Under the pieces are notes generated by a model. It made no database searches and was not told the DNA's origin. It worked only from the letters and a program-made list of their open reading frames with translations. Source: Cyanobacteria bacterium P01_F01_bin.150 (GTDB lineage: Bacteria > Cyanobacteriota > Cyanobacteriia > CAKZMO01). Taken from it: 64,000 bases of DNA. Shown here piece after piece: positions 46,340 to 56,901 of this stretch (the first letter of the stretch is position 1; every line of letters starts with the position of its first letter). The stretch spans positions 54,984 through 118,983 of the forward strand of contig JBCCYL010000009.1 of assembly GCA_039189765.1 (NCBI GenBank), in the 5' to 3' direction. Position numbers and translations under genes: made by a program.

Positions 46340-48511
46340 GTGCCTAGCCAAATAAGGACATCCTCTCAGTCGTCACGATATCGAATACTCGGCTTAGTTG
46401 GCCAGGGGCAGTTTGGCCAGGTATTTTGTGCTATGCATCGACGGACAGGTAAGCTTTTTGCTCTCAAAAATTTGGAACATGAGCGTTTCCCTACCCATCA
46501 GTTTCTACGAGAGTTACGGTTTCTCCTAAGTCTCCAGCATCCTAATATCGTTACTTGCCACGCCATTGAACATACGCAAACGGGGCGGTATCTAGTGATG
46601 GACTATTGCGAAGGGGGAACCTTGCGTGGCCTGATGGTGGATGATGTAGCGTTGTCCCTCGCCCAATGTATTCAGATTGTTGCTGATGTCTTATGTGGAT
46701 TAGCGAGTGCTCATCAACAGGGTATTGTTCATTGTGATATCAAGCCTGAAAATATTTTGCTGACGTTGCAAGCAAAGGGTTGGAGCGCAAAAATTTCAGA
46801 TTTTGGGATTGCCCGCCTTAATAAAGAGGTCTACAGTCAAAATACAGGTAATACAGGTTCACCCGCCTATATGGCTCCAGAACGTTTTTATAGTCAATAT
46901 TCCGCAGCTTCGGACATTTATGCTGTGGGAGTATTGCTGTTTGAGCTGTTGGTGGGACGTCGTCCTTTTTCTGGTCCGCCCAAAGCGTTAATGAAAGCTC
47001 ATTTAAATCAGCCAGTTGTATGCCCTGATGAAATTCCGGCGGGATTACAAGGTGTGATTGGTATGGCTCTGCAAAAGTTGCCCGCTCGTCGCTTTCAGTC
47101 TGCGCTGGAAATGCTGAATGCGATGTTATCTGTTGTGAGTAGAATGGATGGCGTATTGGCAAAGGCGATGTCTATTGAGGTGCCGTTACTAACGCTACGA
47201 CAGGGTATTCCCTATTACGACAGCGAATCGCAAAGGGAGGATGATTCTAAATATGCGGCCAAAAATCTGCATGGATTATCTTTGTTGTCTTCAGAGGCCG
47301 TTGACCTTTCTTTTATTGGATACACGAGTTCGACAACTTTTACTTATCGTGGCATTACCGCCATCGGTTCTGAAGATGGAAATGACCATAGGAATAACAA
47401 TGCCAACAACGGTTTGAATGCAGTCAAGGGTAATGATAATAATGGTCCTACATACGATGTAGTGACGTTAAAGTCAGTTCTGACAGACGCGACATATAGG
47501 CATCGGACGTTTGTGGCAAAGGACCACAATTTAGGATGGCGATCGCTTCAACTACCAGACCCTATCCAACAGCTATTACCAGCCCCTCAAGGTTACTTCT
47601 TGGCCACTTGCAACACCATTTATTGGGTTAATCCTGCGGATTTGCCTTTCTCAGAGCCAGATTCCGGTGCAGCGTCTCCGCTATCGGATGCAGGCTCCCT
47701 TACGGCTCACCCCATTTATAAATTAGACCAAGACTGTATTGCAGCCATTGAGCCAGAAGGACATTGGGTTGCCCTCATTACTGATTTGCGTAATGGTAAG
47801 CGGAAAAAGGGTGACGCAAGTACCCTTAGCTTCCATCCACTCCCTCGTCGTGCTGGCAGGATGGCGTTGCCTAAAGCTTCTGCCCGATTGAGGGTTGCAG
47901 GACGATCAAAGCAGCTTTTACAGGCGATCGCCCTCAATATCCGTCATGTGGCGATTATTTCAGATGGCCCCCATCCCAAAGCTCAGCAGGTTAAATTCAA
48001 ACAGGCTAAATCACAACAAATTTCTGCGAACCAACCTGCATCGGAAATAATTAATCCCCGTCCCCTTTATCCTAGTACGATGAGTCGAGCCACCTACATT
48101 GAGGTGTTTACCCGGCGAGGGCAGCGTATTGCTTTGCGGTATTTACCAATGTGTTTAGGGACCGTTATTACTACGCCCAAGCCCTATCGGATTTTGGCGA
48201 CGGATCGCTATGACCCCACATCGATACTATGTATTGACCTTAAGCCGTTCCGTATTCAGCGATTTGTTCTTGATATTAAGCCGCAGTTTCTTGCTGCGAC
48301 GGACTGGGGCTACATTGCAGCGGATGTAACAGGAAACATTGTTTTCCTAGACACGAATGGTTTTGCTGTTAGCGCATTACATGGTCCAGCAAATCTAACG
48401 GCCATGGCATTTTTAGCTCCCAAATGGTTGTTTCTGTCCACCTGGAATGATGGTGCAGGTTGTCTACACACCTTAGACCTCAAACAGCAAATAACCCATT
48501 GGATCTTTTGA
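46340..48511 (+). CDS. Hanks-type Ser/Thr protein kinase (SpkG-like)
   Basis: GQGQFGQV, ALK, HCDIKPEN, DFG, GSPAYMAPE, DIYAVG. Confidence 0.9.
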   Translation: MPSQIRTSSQSSRYRILGLVGQGQFGQVFCAMHRRTGKLFALKNLEHERFPTHQFLRELRFLLSLQHPNIVTCHAIEHTQTGRYLVMDYCEGGTLRGLMVDDVALSLAQCIQIVADVLCGLASAHQQGIVHCDIKPENILLTLQAKGWSAKISDFGIARLNKEVYSQNTGNTGSPAYMAPERFYSQYSAASDIYAVGVLLFELLVGRRPFSGPPKALMKAHLNQPVVCPDEIPAGLQGVIGMALQKLPARRFQSALEMLNAMLSVVSRMDGVLAKAMSIEVPLLTLRQGIPYYDSESQREDDSKYAAKNLHGLSLLSSEAVDLSFIGYTSSTTFTYRGITAIGSEDGNDHRNNNANNGLNAVKGNDNNGPTYDVVTLKSVLTDATYRHRTFVAKDHNLGWRSLQLPDPIQQLLPAPQGYFLATCNTIYWVNPADLPFSEPDSGAASPLSDAGSLTAHPIYKLDQDCIAAIEPEGHWVALITDLRNGKRKKGDASTLSFHPLPRRAGRMALPKASARLRVAGRSKQLLQAIALNIRHVAIISDGPHPKAQQVKFKQAKSQQISANQPASEIINPRPLYPSTMSRATYIEVFTRRGQRIALRYLPMCLGTVITTPKPYRILATDRYDPTSILCIDLKPFRIQRFVLDIKPQFLAATDWGYIAADVTGNIVFLDTNGFAVSALHGPANLTAMAFLAPKWLFLSTWNDGAGCLHTLDLKQQITHWIF

Positions 48512-48601
48512 GCTAGGATGCATAAGGCAAAATCAAAATTGCCAAAAGGGCTGGGCACGGCACACCCACACAACTCACCTCAAAAATAGATTCCATCAAA
48601 A

Positions 48602-48653
48602 AGCTCCAACATTTTAATAGGCTAGTCAAGTAACCTATTAAAATGTTGGAGCT
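48602..48653. terminator. 20-bp perfect inverted repeat, probable bidirectional terminator
   Basis: agctccaacattttaatagg-N12-cctattaaaatgttggagct between convergent genes. Confidence 0.7.
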
Positions 48654-48851
48654 GCTATTTATTAGCTTTCTTTGGGAACCCAGAAACGCTTAGTCAAAAA
48701 CTAACAGTCTGCTGTCAAACCTATCAAAGATTAAAGATTAGTCAAAGTTCAAAACGTCAATTCGTTGCAATGCACACATTTAACAATCTAGTACATTTGC
48801 CTTACTTGTGCCCAATGAAATTCACTGCATCGAAAAACGTTAACGATATAT

Positions 48852-49403
48852 CTACTTGCTAGCAAAGCCCTTTGCTGTACTCTCGACTTCGCTTCCAGCC
48901 TGATACACTTTCTCAAGACGCATTACCTTCCGAGAAGGATTGGAAAGGGCGCTAGAGTCAAGAATATTTGCAAGGATCGCATCAAAGGAGAACAAACCAG
49001 CACCATTGACTGCAAAGAACAAGAAAATACTAGCATAAACAGCAGACAGCTCTAGATAAGCAAGACTTAAACCTGCCACTTTGACATGATGGTACATCGC
49101 TACACACATGGTGCCAAATAAAGCAAATGCCGCAGGTCGAGTAAAAAGACCAAAGGCGACAAGAGGAGCACCAATTAGCTCAGTGTAAGCAGCCATGTAA
49201 CTTAAAGTAACGGGGAAGGGTAGTCCAAGGAAAGCCACATATGCCTGGGCAAAGCTTTCAATATCAGCAAGCTTATCCAGCCCGTTGTGAATCATCATGA
49301 TGCCGACAACAGCACGAACAATGGCCCAAGCAGTTTGCGAGGCCACATTGGAATTAACATTAGGTACTAATACGCGAGCAAGGAGAGAAATCATATCCTT
49401 CAC
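48852..49403 (-). CDS. DoxX family membrane protein
   Basis: RAVVGIMMIHNGLDKL, ELIGA, GLFTRPAA, GAGLFSFD. Confidence 0.9.
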   Translation of the reverse strand: MKDMISLLARVLVPNVNSNVASQTAWAIVRAVVGIMMIHNGLDKLADIESFAQAYVAFLGLPFPVTLSYMAAYTELIGAPLVAFGLFTRPAAFALFGTMCVAMYHHVKVAGLSLAYLELSAVYASIFLFFAVNGAGLFSFDAILANILDSSALSNPSRKVMRLEKVYQAGSEVESTAKGFASK

Positions 49404-49857
49404 TTATCTTCAAAAATAATGAACATCAGACAACTTTTGCACCAAGCAATGACGATATGTATCGTCTAATGTACTTTTGCTTAACATAGGCATACACTTC
49501 AAAAATGCTAAAAATATATACAGCAATGGTTTGAACCAGATACCTTGACCTAAATAGCCACAGATTAGCGATGAGTACTTACTTAGATTTTTGTATATTT
49601 TTGTAATAAATCTGAGTTATCTAAATATATCTTAATGAGTGCGCGCATGTCTACAAATTCCTGCATAACGTTAAGTTGTTAGTGTTTTAAAAAAATAGCT
49701 AAAGTCTTTGCTTTGAAAGAGATTCAGCTATTCTACGCCTGAATTTTTAAGTGGGGATTATTGAGAAAAACAGCAATTGTAATGCTTCGTTAATGATAAC
49801 ATTCTCAATAGAGCTGCTTTCAGCGTAAGGCTCTAAAACCTAAGTTCAGAGAGTTGT

Positions 49858-51588
49858 CTATTTTGATGTATGCTTAATGGCCCTGAGAAAGTAGCAGCTT
49901 GGTCCATCGTTTGGTTGAAGATGTAAGCAGTGCTCGAACAGTTTTGTTGCGACTTGCCATTCTTGATTTCTATACGCATTTAGCCCCGATTGAAAGCGAT
50001 CGCCCAATTCCAACTGCTGATCCGACACCGTGCCCACATATCCCAGCGGTTCATAGATACGAATTGGCTGGTCGTGTCCTGGCACAACAATTTGGTTAAT
50101 TTCCCGGCAAACAATGTTGTCTTGCACCAATTTATAGGTCGCTTCAGCCATAAGAATTTGTGTACCGTACTGTTTATTCGCACCTTCTAAATGCTCGGCT
50201 AGCTGTACAGTCGGCCCAATAACGGTGTAAGACTTGGATTTATCTGAGCCAATGTTTCCAGAGACCACTTCCCCTGTTGCCAACCCGATCCGAATGGCAA
50301 TTTGGGGTAATCCTTTGCGAATGCCCATAATGTCCGGTAGTAGGCGCTGGAGTTTAGCTAACTGATTGAACTGCTCCATGGCAGCGTAACAGGCCCAAAG
50401 AGCATGTTCGGTTTCTCCCACGAAAGGTGGCCCCCAAAAAGCGCTCACAGCATCTCCAATAAATTGATTGATAACGCCTTGATGCTCTTTAATCGGTGCA
50501 GAGGCGAGGGTGAGATATTCATTAATCACCGTTACCAATCCTGATGGTGTTAGCAATTCGCTAATGGTGCTAAATCCTGCAATATCCGAAAAGAACACTG
50601 TCATCACTTGTTTTTGACCCTGCTGGATCCCTTCTTGTGGGTCTCCTTTTGCTTGCTCCTGGACTAACGTTTCAACGATGCGAGGATCAACATATTGGCC
50701 AAATGTTGCTTTGAGTCTTTCCTTCTCCCGAATATCTGCCACCATTGCATTGAAAGATGCAGTGAGAGTGCCAATTTCGTCATTAGAGAGAATAGATAAC
50801 GTTACATCTAACTCCCCTTGTTCTACTGACTGACTGCTAGTCACCAATTGTCGAACGGGGCGAACTAAGCTAACCGTTACCAAAGAGGTAAGGACCACAC
50901 CTACTGCACTGGCCAGTCCTACAATCTGCCAGCTTTTCTTTAAAGTCTCTTTTTCATGGGCTTCCGCGTCTAGTGCGGCGATTTCAGTATACTGCCCCAG
51001 CTCTAAAAGCAGTTCTTCAATACGACGGTTAAACGTGTCCTCATAGGTTACTAACTGTTCATACAGCAAGCCCGTACTTTGTGTGTTTGGTCTACCTTCA
51101 GTTTCTGTGTTTAAGACCTCTAAAATTTTTACGCTGGAGTCGTGTAATCGTGCATGATCCTCTTCTAGCACCGTTAGCAGAGGTAAAAATTGGGCAAATT
51201 CAACCTGATTTTGAACCGTATGAGTATTGGCCAATGCCGTTTGGGTAAGGGCGATCGCCGCCTGAATTTCTTCATCAACCCAATGACCGCGCTCTTCAAA
51301 TTTAGCGAGTTCTGCCTCAATGTAGGCCGAGTCTAATGGTTCGGGACCAACGGACTCGTAGGCACGGACCATACGCTCAAAGTGAATTTCCTGTTCAAGG
51401 GCATGGACATTCACCTCGGCCACGTATTCGGTGAGAGGCGTTAAATAAACTGCAATATCAATGAGTTCGTAATTAACCAAATGAATGCGGCTGTAGTTAT
51501 AGGCCGCAGTGCCCACAAGTAATCCCAGCATGCTAGTGGCAATGGCCAAGATTTTGGTGCGAATAGAAATGGAAAGTTTAGAGAACAT
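49858..51588 (-). CDS. Class III adenylate/guanylate cyclase (TM-4HB sensor-TM-HAMP-CHD-TPR), C1-like half
   Basis: FFSDIAGFS, NQFIGDAV, YTVIGPTVQLAEHLE. Confidence 0.9.
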   Translation of the reverse strand: MFSKLSISIRTKILAIATSMLGLLVGTAAYNYSRIHLVNYELIDIAVYLTPLTEYVAEVNVHALEQEIHFERMVRAYESVGPEPLDSAYIEAELAKFEERGHWVDEEIQAAIALTQTALANTHTVQNQVEFAQFLPLLTVLEEDHARLHDSSVKILEVLNTETEGRPNTQSTGLLYEQLVTYEDTFNRRIEELLLELGQYTEIAALDAEAHEKETLKKSWQIVGLASAVGVVLTSLVTVSLVRPVRQLVTSSQSVEQGELDVTLSILSNDEIGTLTASFNAMVADIREKERLKATFGQYVDPRIVETLVQEQAKGDPQEGIQQGQKQVMTVFFSDIAGFSTISELLTPSGLVTVINEYLTLASAPIKEHQGVINQFIGDAVSAFWGPPFVGETEHALWACYAAMEQFNQLAKLQRLLPDIMGIRKGLPQIAIRIGLATGEVVSGNIGSDKSKSYTVIGPTVQLAEHLEGANKQYGTQILMAEATYKLVQDNIVCREINQIVVPGHDQPIRIYEPLGYVGTVSDQQLELGDRFQSGLNAYRNQEWQVATKLFEHCLHLQPNDGPSCYFLRAIKHTSK

Positions 51589-51609
51589 GGATGAAATACT
51601 TGTGGGATA

Positions 51610-53535
51610 TTATTTTTTCGTTAGTTGCCAAACGCCTTCCCAGTCTTTGGCTGGAGGATTATTGCGGAAATAGGCAATGCGATCGCAATAGATTTGACTG
51701 GGGCGATCGCCCGGTATCGTTTCTAGGCATTTACAAAAATAACCGTGAGCCTCGCGCCACCGCTGTTGACGATAGGCAAGAATACCCTGATGAAAATGCT
51801 CGTATGCGGCAATCTTTTCCTGCGGCAGTGCTCCCATATGGCCCAATAGTTCAAAGATTTGCACGGGTTCATCTTTTCCGACCACCTGAATTCGGTCCAC
51901 CTCACGGGTGATCATCTGTTGGGCTACTTGGTGTTGGGTTTCGCCTGTCATCAGAATTTGCACCCCGTACTGTTTACTTGCGCCCTTGAGACGAGACGCA
52001 ATGTTCACCGTGTCCCCCATAACCGTGTAGGAGCGAGCAGTTTTAGACCCCATATTGCCGACCACTAGTGGTCCGGTGGCAATGCCGATATGCAAGTCAA
52101 GGGATGGATAAATCCGTTGGATATGCGTAGGCGATTCAGGGCTGTGGGCAGCCGTTAAGCCAGAGGAGACATTAGGCGACGAGGATGAAGAACATGACGT
52201 TGATAAAGCAGGTAGAGTCGAGTAGTAATGATTGACTAGTGTGCGTAAGGTAGATAATCGAGCCACCTGGGCCAAAGCCGCTTTGCAGGCGAGCACAGCC
52301 TGATCGCCATCTGTTGTGAACGGAGGTCCCCAAAATCCCATAATGACCGTATCGATAAATTTATCAATGACTCCACTATGGTCCGAAATGGGATCTGACA
52401 TCAGGTTGAGGTACTCATTGGTAATGCAGACAAGCGCATCCGCCGACAGGGATTGGCTAAATGAGTCAAATCCCTCCACGTCAGAAAAAAATACCGTCAT
52501 CACTTGGCGAGTTCCGTCAGTAGCAGAGTCATCCGGCATGCTCATAACATTTTGAATAATCCGGGGGTCCATATACTTGCCAAAGGTTTCCTCCAGTTGC
52601 ACTTTGTGACGCAACTCTTGTACCATGCCGTTGAATGTACGGGTTAGGGTGCGAATCTCATCACGGGTCGTGGCCGTTAGCTCAGTGTCCAAGTCTCCCT
52701 GACGTACCTGCTGGACTCGCTGATCCAGTTGATTCACTGGCTTAACCAGACGACGACTGACGATGGACGCATAAACCAGGCCAAAAATAGTCGCGATCGC
52801 GGCTGTACCCATGCTGAACAAAAGCACCTCTTGCTGATGCTGTTGCCCGGTCTGAGCCGCATCAACGGTAAACGCTTCTAACTCTAGAAATAGCTCATTT
52901 ACTTCCTGGCTAAAGGTTTCTGCTTCTTCAATCAGTTTGCTTTCCAGTAACGTCGCCTGTTGAAACTGTCCCCTTTGTAATAAGGTAAGTAGCTCTACTG
53001 CGTGATCATGAAAGCCTTGATGGTTGACTTCAATTTGATGCAGCCGTGGCAAAATCTGCTCCAGTTCCTGTTGGGTGTGACGAGATAGCACTGAGGACTG
53101 GTCCACCGTTGCTAGGGCCGTTTCGATATGGTCTATGGTGATCGCCAATTCCTGATCGACGAGCTGCCCGCGTTCCTCAAATAGGGCCAATTCCGCATTC
53201 ACCGCATCAGGATTGATTGGCGTCATAGCATACAGGGTTTGGACCCGCTCAAAATGCAGCTCCTGTTCCAGCACGTGAACGTCCACTAAAGCGACCTGTT
53301 CGGTGATGGGAATGATATATTCGGCCAGCACCACAATTTCATCTTTAACTCGGCGTAAGCGGTTAGTAGAAACCATCGCCACTAGGAGTAGCAGCCCCAG
53401 AAGACTGGTGGCCAATCCAAAAATTTTCACCCCGATGGAGAGGCCTTTAGTTTTGCCTACGGCTTCTGAGACTGCCTTTTTTGAATCCATCGTTGCGATT
53501 TTGGGAATCCTACTTTTAGATACGTTTGAGTCCAT
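51610..53535 (-). CDS. Class III adenylate/guanylate cyclase (TM-4HB sensor-TM-HAMP-CHD-TPR), C2-like half
   Basis: FFSDVEGFD, DKFIDTVI, YTVMGDTVNIASRLK, WEGVW C-terminus. Confidence 0.9.
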   Translation of the reverse strand: MDSNVSKSRIPKIATMDSKKAVSEAVGKTKGLSIGVKIFGLATSLLGLLLLVAMVSTNRLRRVKDEIVVLAEYIIPITEQVALVDVHVLEQELHFERVQTLYAMTPINPDAVNAELALFEERGQLVDQELAITIDHIETALATVDQSSVLSRHTQQELEQILPRLHQIEVNHQGFHDHAVELLTLLQRGQFQQATLLESKLIEEAETFSQEVNELFLELEAFTVDAAQTGQQHQQEVLLFSMGTAAIATIFGLVYASIVSRRLVKPVNQLDQRVQQVRQGDLDTELTATTRDEIRTLTRTFNGMVQELRHKVQLEETFGKYMDPRIIQNVMSMPDDSATDGTRQVMTVFFSDVEGFDSFSQSLSADALVCITNEYLNLMSDPISDHSGVIDKFIDTVIMGFWGPPFTTDGDQAVLACKAALAQVARLSTLRTLVNHYYSTLPALSTSCSSSSSPNVSSGLTAAHSPESPTHIQRIYPSLDLHIGIATGPLVVGNMGSKTARSYTVMGDTVNIASRLKGASKQYGVQILMTGETQHQVAQQMITREVDRIQVVGKDEPVQIFELLGHMGALPQEKIAAYEHFHQGILAYRQQRWREAHGYFCKCLETIPGDRPSQIYCDRIAYFRNNPPAKDWEGVWQLTKK

Positions 53536-53634
53536 CGGCACAACCCAAAGTCATAAATGGGACGATTTCAGGCTACCCACCTTCGTCCAGTTCGTCCCAT
53601 CTAGCATCAAAACGTAGTAATTCTCGTGTAAATA

Positions 53635-54081
53635 ATGATTGCTCCAGATATTCTAAACACTGCCATTGCTCGGTTGAAAATCTACGAAGCATCGGTCCAA
53701 ATGGCAAAAACAGCCTCCCCGGAAATGGACCTGAATCTCGATAAACCCAATCACAAATATGATGGACTGAACGATGGCTTAAATCCGACAAGGCTAGAGC
53801 AAGACGAACTGCGACAGGCGATTGATTCGTTGGAAGCTATGCAGACCCAAATCCTGCCGGGTTCCCTTGTTCGCCATAAAGTGACTGGAGAAGTTGGTCG
53901 AGTGATCACAATCTTTAATACCAACGGCTTTGATGATACCTATGTTGCATTCTGGGGGAACGAACGTCTTATGCCAAATAAAGCCCCTAACCCCAGACCC
54001 TATGTGTTGCGTTATTGCTTGAGTAGCTTGGAGCGTTTGGCAGAGGATAATGTTGCGCACCCTACCATAACGTCCAGCTAA
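53635..54081 (+). CDS. Hypothetical protein
   Basis: 148-aa ATG ORF filling the gap; possible small beta-barrel (GSLVRHKVTGEVGRV). Confidence 0.5.
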   Translation: MIAPDILNTAIARLKIYEASVQMAKTASPEMDLNLDKPNHKYDGLNDGLNPTRLEQDELRQAIDSLEAMQTQILPGSLVRHKVTGEVGRVITIFNTNGFDDTYVAFWGNERLMPNKAPNPRPYVLRYCLSSLERLAEDNVAHPTITSS

Positions 54082-54134
54082 TACTGGATGTTAATTTGAT
54101 GTTAAATGGTGCGTTGTCACGCACCCTACTGTAA

Positions 54135-54416
54135 CTACTTTAGAGGACTATGGGTGGCTAAGATTTTCTCCACTCTCGCTTCTTCTACCTTGGCAGAAAT
54201 AGAGTTCGCTTCATGCATATCGCGAGTGGTCTTGGAAACGCTAATGGTTGAACTGACCGTGAAGGCAAAACTTAAAGCCATATAGCCCTTTGCCCATCCG
54301 TCCATGGGCAAATACAAAATGCCCCAGGTGGTTGAGAGAAGGGCAACGATAAAGGAAATCCAAGATTGTGCAATCCATGCTGCGCTGTGCTTTTGGTTAT
54401 TGGAAATACGAGCCAT
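54135..54416 (-). CDS. YiaA/YiaB family inner-membrane protein
   Basis: AWIAQSWISF, GILYLPMDGWAKGY, SKTTRDMHE; AAGGAG RBS. Confidence 0.85.
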   Translation of the reverse strand: MARISNNQKHSAAWIAQSWISFIVALLSTTWGILYLPMDGWAKGYMALSFAFTVSSTISVSKTTRDMHEANSISAKVEEARVEKILATHSPLK

Positions 54417-54728
54417 GGGGTCATCTCCTTTAGATGTGATGGTTATGATGGTTGTAATGCTTGTGATAGCGAAAGCGATACTTGTTTCGCTGTTATTTGT
54501 ATTCTCCACGGCCTCCCCCTGAATCCTCAATGAGTGGTCCAAAGCTGACCGCACTGCAAAAGGGCGCTGGGCTTTGAGGCGAAGGTCCGTTCATTGCCCC
54601 GAACTCGATCGAACTAATCCGAAGTAAGGGTTGTCGCAGTGGAAGAAGTGTCCTGTGGAAAAGTGCGATCGCCTCCTAAAACGGTTATCTTAAGGAGTGG
54701 CTTTTCCTTGGTAAGACAATTTGGCACC

Positions 54729-55808
54729 ATGAACATTACCCCCGAGCAATTGGACCAATGGTTCCCCAAAAACCGGCAGCAAGAGTACGTTTCGCTATTG
54801 ATGGGGCGGGTGGGGTTGACCCGACGACGGGCGGAATGTTTTGTACGTCTTTGGGCTTACATCTGGATTAAGCAAACTGAGCTTAAACAAACTGAGCTTA
54901 AACAGTCAGATGCTAAGCAATCTTCACCCCAAAGCGCCAAAGTAAAACTTAGCCCGACTCCTAAAATTATCCAAAATCTGGGCATGCCTGAAGGGGTGGT
55001 GAGCTGTACCTGTCGAGAGGCTGCCCTCCTGTTTTATCCAGATAGCGATCGCGGTAGTGACCGTTCCGCAGGCATGATGTTGGATAAGCTGGCGGCCTTG
55101 GGATTAATTCGTAAAACCTTTGATGGCAATACCCTGGCAATCGCCATTAATCCCCTGCCTGAACTCCAAACGCCTATGGATGATAAGGATGCGATCGCGG
55201 TTACAGTGGATGCGTTTAATTCCCGGTGCGATGTTATTCCGGTGGCGAACCTACTGGCCCAGAACTATAACTGGATGAATCGCAATGCGGAAGCTGTGCC
55301 CTATCGCATTAGTCGGCTGCTGCGGACCTGGGCCGGACAATATGCAAAAGGAATGCGAGTGCTGCGCCGGAGCGACAACCTAAATCCCGTGGGGTTTTAC
55401 CTGTTTTACCCCACTAAAGCAGAATCAGAAGTGAATTTTTTTGGAACCCCGGCCAATGGGCTTCACCTCAGCACCCTATCGGATACCGATCCGTTTGAAA
55501 TGGCGGTGCCAGGGGATAAAGACTGTCGGGCCATCTTTATTCGCAGCTGGATGATTAGCTCAACCTATCGAGCCCAAGCCCTACCGGTGATGCTAAAGGA
55601 TGCTCAACAAACGCTTATTGAAATGCAGCAGGACTTTCCCAATATTTGTGATTTGCACACGTTGATTATCCACCCTAGTTACGAAGCCCTGATTCAGCAG
55701 TTGGGCTTCCAGAAAATGGGAGCAGACTCCACCTCTTCTATGTACTGGGTTTATCTGGCCATGGATCGTTTTGTATCAACGGATATTGAAGCACTGTTTA
55801 CGTTATAA
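54729..55808 (+). CDS. Conserved cyanobacterial protein (N-terminal wHTH-like, C-terminal GNAT-like)
   Basis: VGLTRRRAECFVRLW, GSDRSAGMMLDKLAALGLI, LGFQK. Confidence 0.65.
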   Translation: MNITPEQLDQWFPKNRQQEYVSLLMGRVGLTRRRAECFVRLWAYIWIKQTELKQTELKQSDAKQSSPQSAKVKLSPTPKIIQNLGMPEGVVSCTCREAALLFYPDSDRGSDRSAGMMLDKLAALGLIRKTFDGNTLAIAINPLPELQTPMDDKDAIAVTVDAFNSRCDVIPVANLLAQNYNWMNRNAEAVPYRISRLLRTWAGQYAKGMRVLRRSDNLNPVGFYLFYPTKAESEVNFFGTPANGLHLSTLSDTDPFEMAVPGDKDCRAIFIRSWMISSTYRAQALPVMLKDAQQTLIEMQQDFPNICDLHTLIIHPSYEALIQQLGFQKMGADSTSSMYWVYLAMDRFVSTDIEALFTL

Positions 55809-55856
55809 GTCCAGTGGTTTACGCCATAAGCCCAATCGCTTGCAACTCCAAACGAG

Positions 55857-55900
55857 CTGTCGTTGATTGTCGGTTAACTGTCGGTTAACTGTCGGTTAAT
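55857..55900. repeat. 11-nt tandem repeat (tgtcggttaac)x3
   Basis: Seen directly between convergent stops. Confidence 0.7.
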
Positions 55901-56375
55901 TGGGCGATCGCTTCTGTAGATCTGAACGCCGTTTGTGTATGGGGCTAGATGGCAAGGACTGGGCCACTTTAAGCTTAAACTCTTTTAGAGAACTGCCATT
56001 TCGGCATAGGTTCTCCAACTCAGAAAGCTGGTGTACAAGCTGGTCTTTGCGCTGGTTGACGGAGCGAAGGCAACTGACAGAACCTTCTGGATCCGCCATA
56101 AATTCGTCTGCCAGCAGTGTCATGCTAAATGCTTCTGTCAATAGCTTACACAACAGGTGATCAAGGGTCTGATATTTGCTGCGGTGTGTGGGTCGCCATG
56201 AGCGAGATGCGATCGCTCGTACTTTAGGTTCAATGGCTTCTAATTTTTGATGGACTGAATCAATTGCCCGCCGTTGGCTGGCGATCGCAGCTGTATGGGT
56301 TGGTAGCTGCAACGACAGTGACGAACAGATGTGCCGAATATCGGCAACAAGCTGTAGATAGGTTTGGTTACTCAT
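55896..56375 (-). CDS. Hypothetical coiled-coil protein
   Basis: ~159-aa ORF from ATG (MSNQTY), helical composition. Confidence 0.5.
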   Translation of the reverse strand: MSNQTYLQLVADIRHICSSLSLQLPTHTAAIASQRRAIDSVHQKLEAIEPKVRAIASRSWRPTHRSKYQTLDHLLCKLLTEAFSMTLLADEFMADPEGSVSCLRSVNQRKDQLVHQLSELENLCRNGSSLKEFKLKVAQSLPSSPIHKRRSDLQKRSPN

Positions 56376-56901
56376 AACACTAGTTCTCAACACCCTGATG
56401 CAAACTGACTAAATTTATTAACAGTTAGCCTATGCTTATTAAAACTCTACTACATAAAATTCAGCCAGGGATTCCATAAAACGATACCAAACTCTTTACG
56501 TTCCTCGGAGATATGGGTTGGGCATTCTGCCTCTATGGGCCTACATACTTGGGTTTGAGCATGCTTTTTCCACTGCACAGAGACATCAGGACTGACAAAT
56601 GCAAGGCCTTTGTCTTAATTCTTAAGAAAATAGCCAATGTCAACTTTCAATGAACAAATCAATCTAAACCTGACAAAACTGTCGCGAATCAAATAATGTA
56701 GGTTCGTGTGCATGCCTTTTTGATTTAAATCGGCATAAGAGTTGCATACTTATAGGCTAAAAGTTGGTTTAGAAAAGTTATTGCTGCTCCATGTAGTGCG
56801 TCTCTATGAGGCATGGGCATGTACTAGGTGAGAGACTGAACAACGGCTGTGTATACAAAAGGAAGTGTTTTCTAAGAAAAATTCAGATAGCAGAATTCTC
56901 A

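Noticed and set aside
54510..54650. Riboswitch or tRNA-like leader of yiaAB
   Set aside because: Only a short closing stem (cactgc/gcagtg) is visible; no known aptamer or tRNA consensus could be matched.
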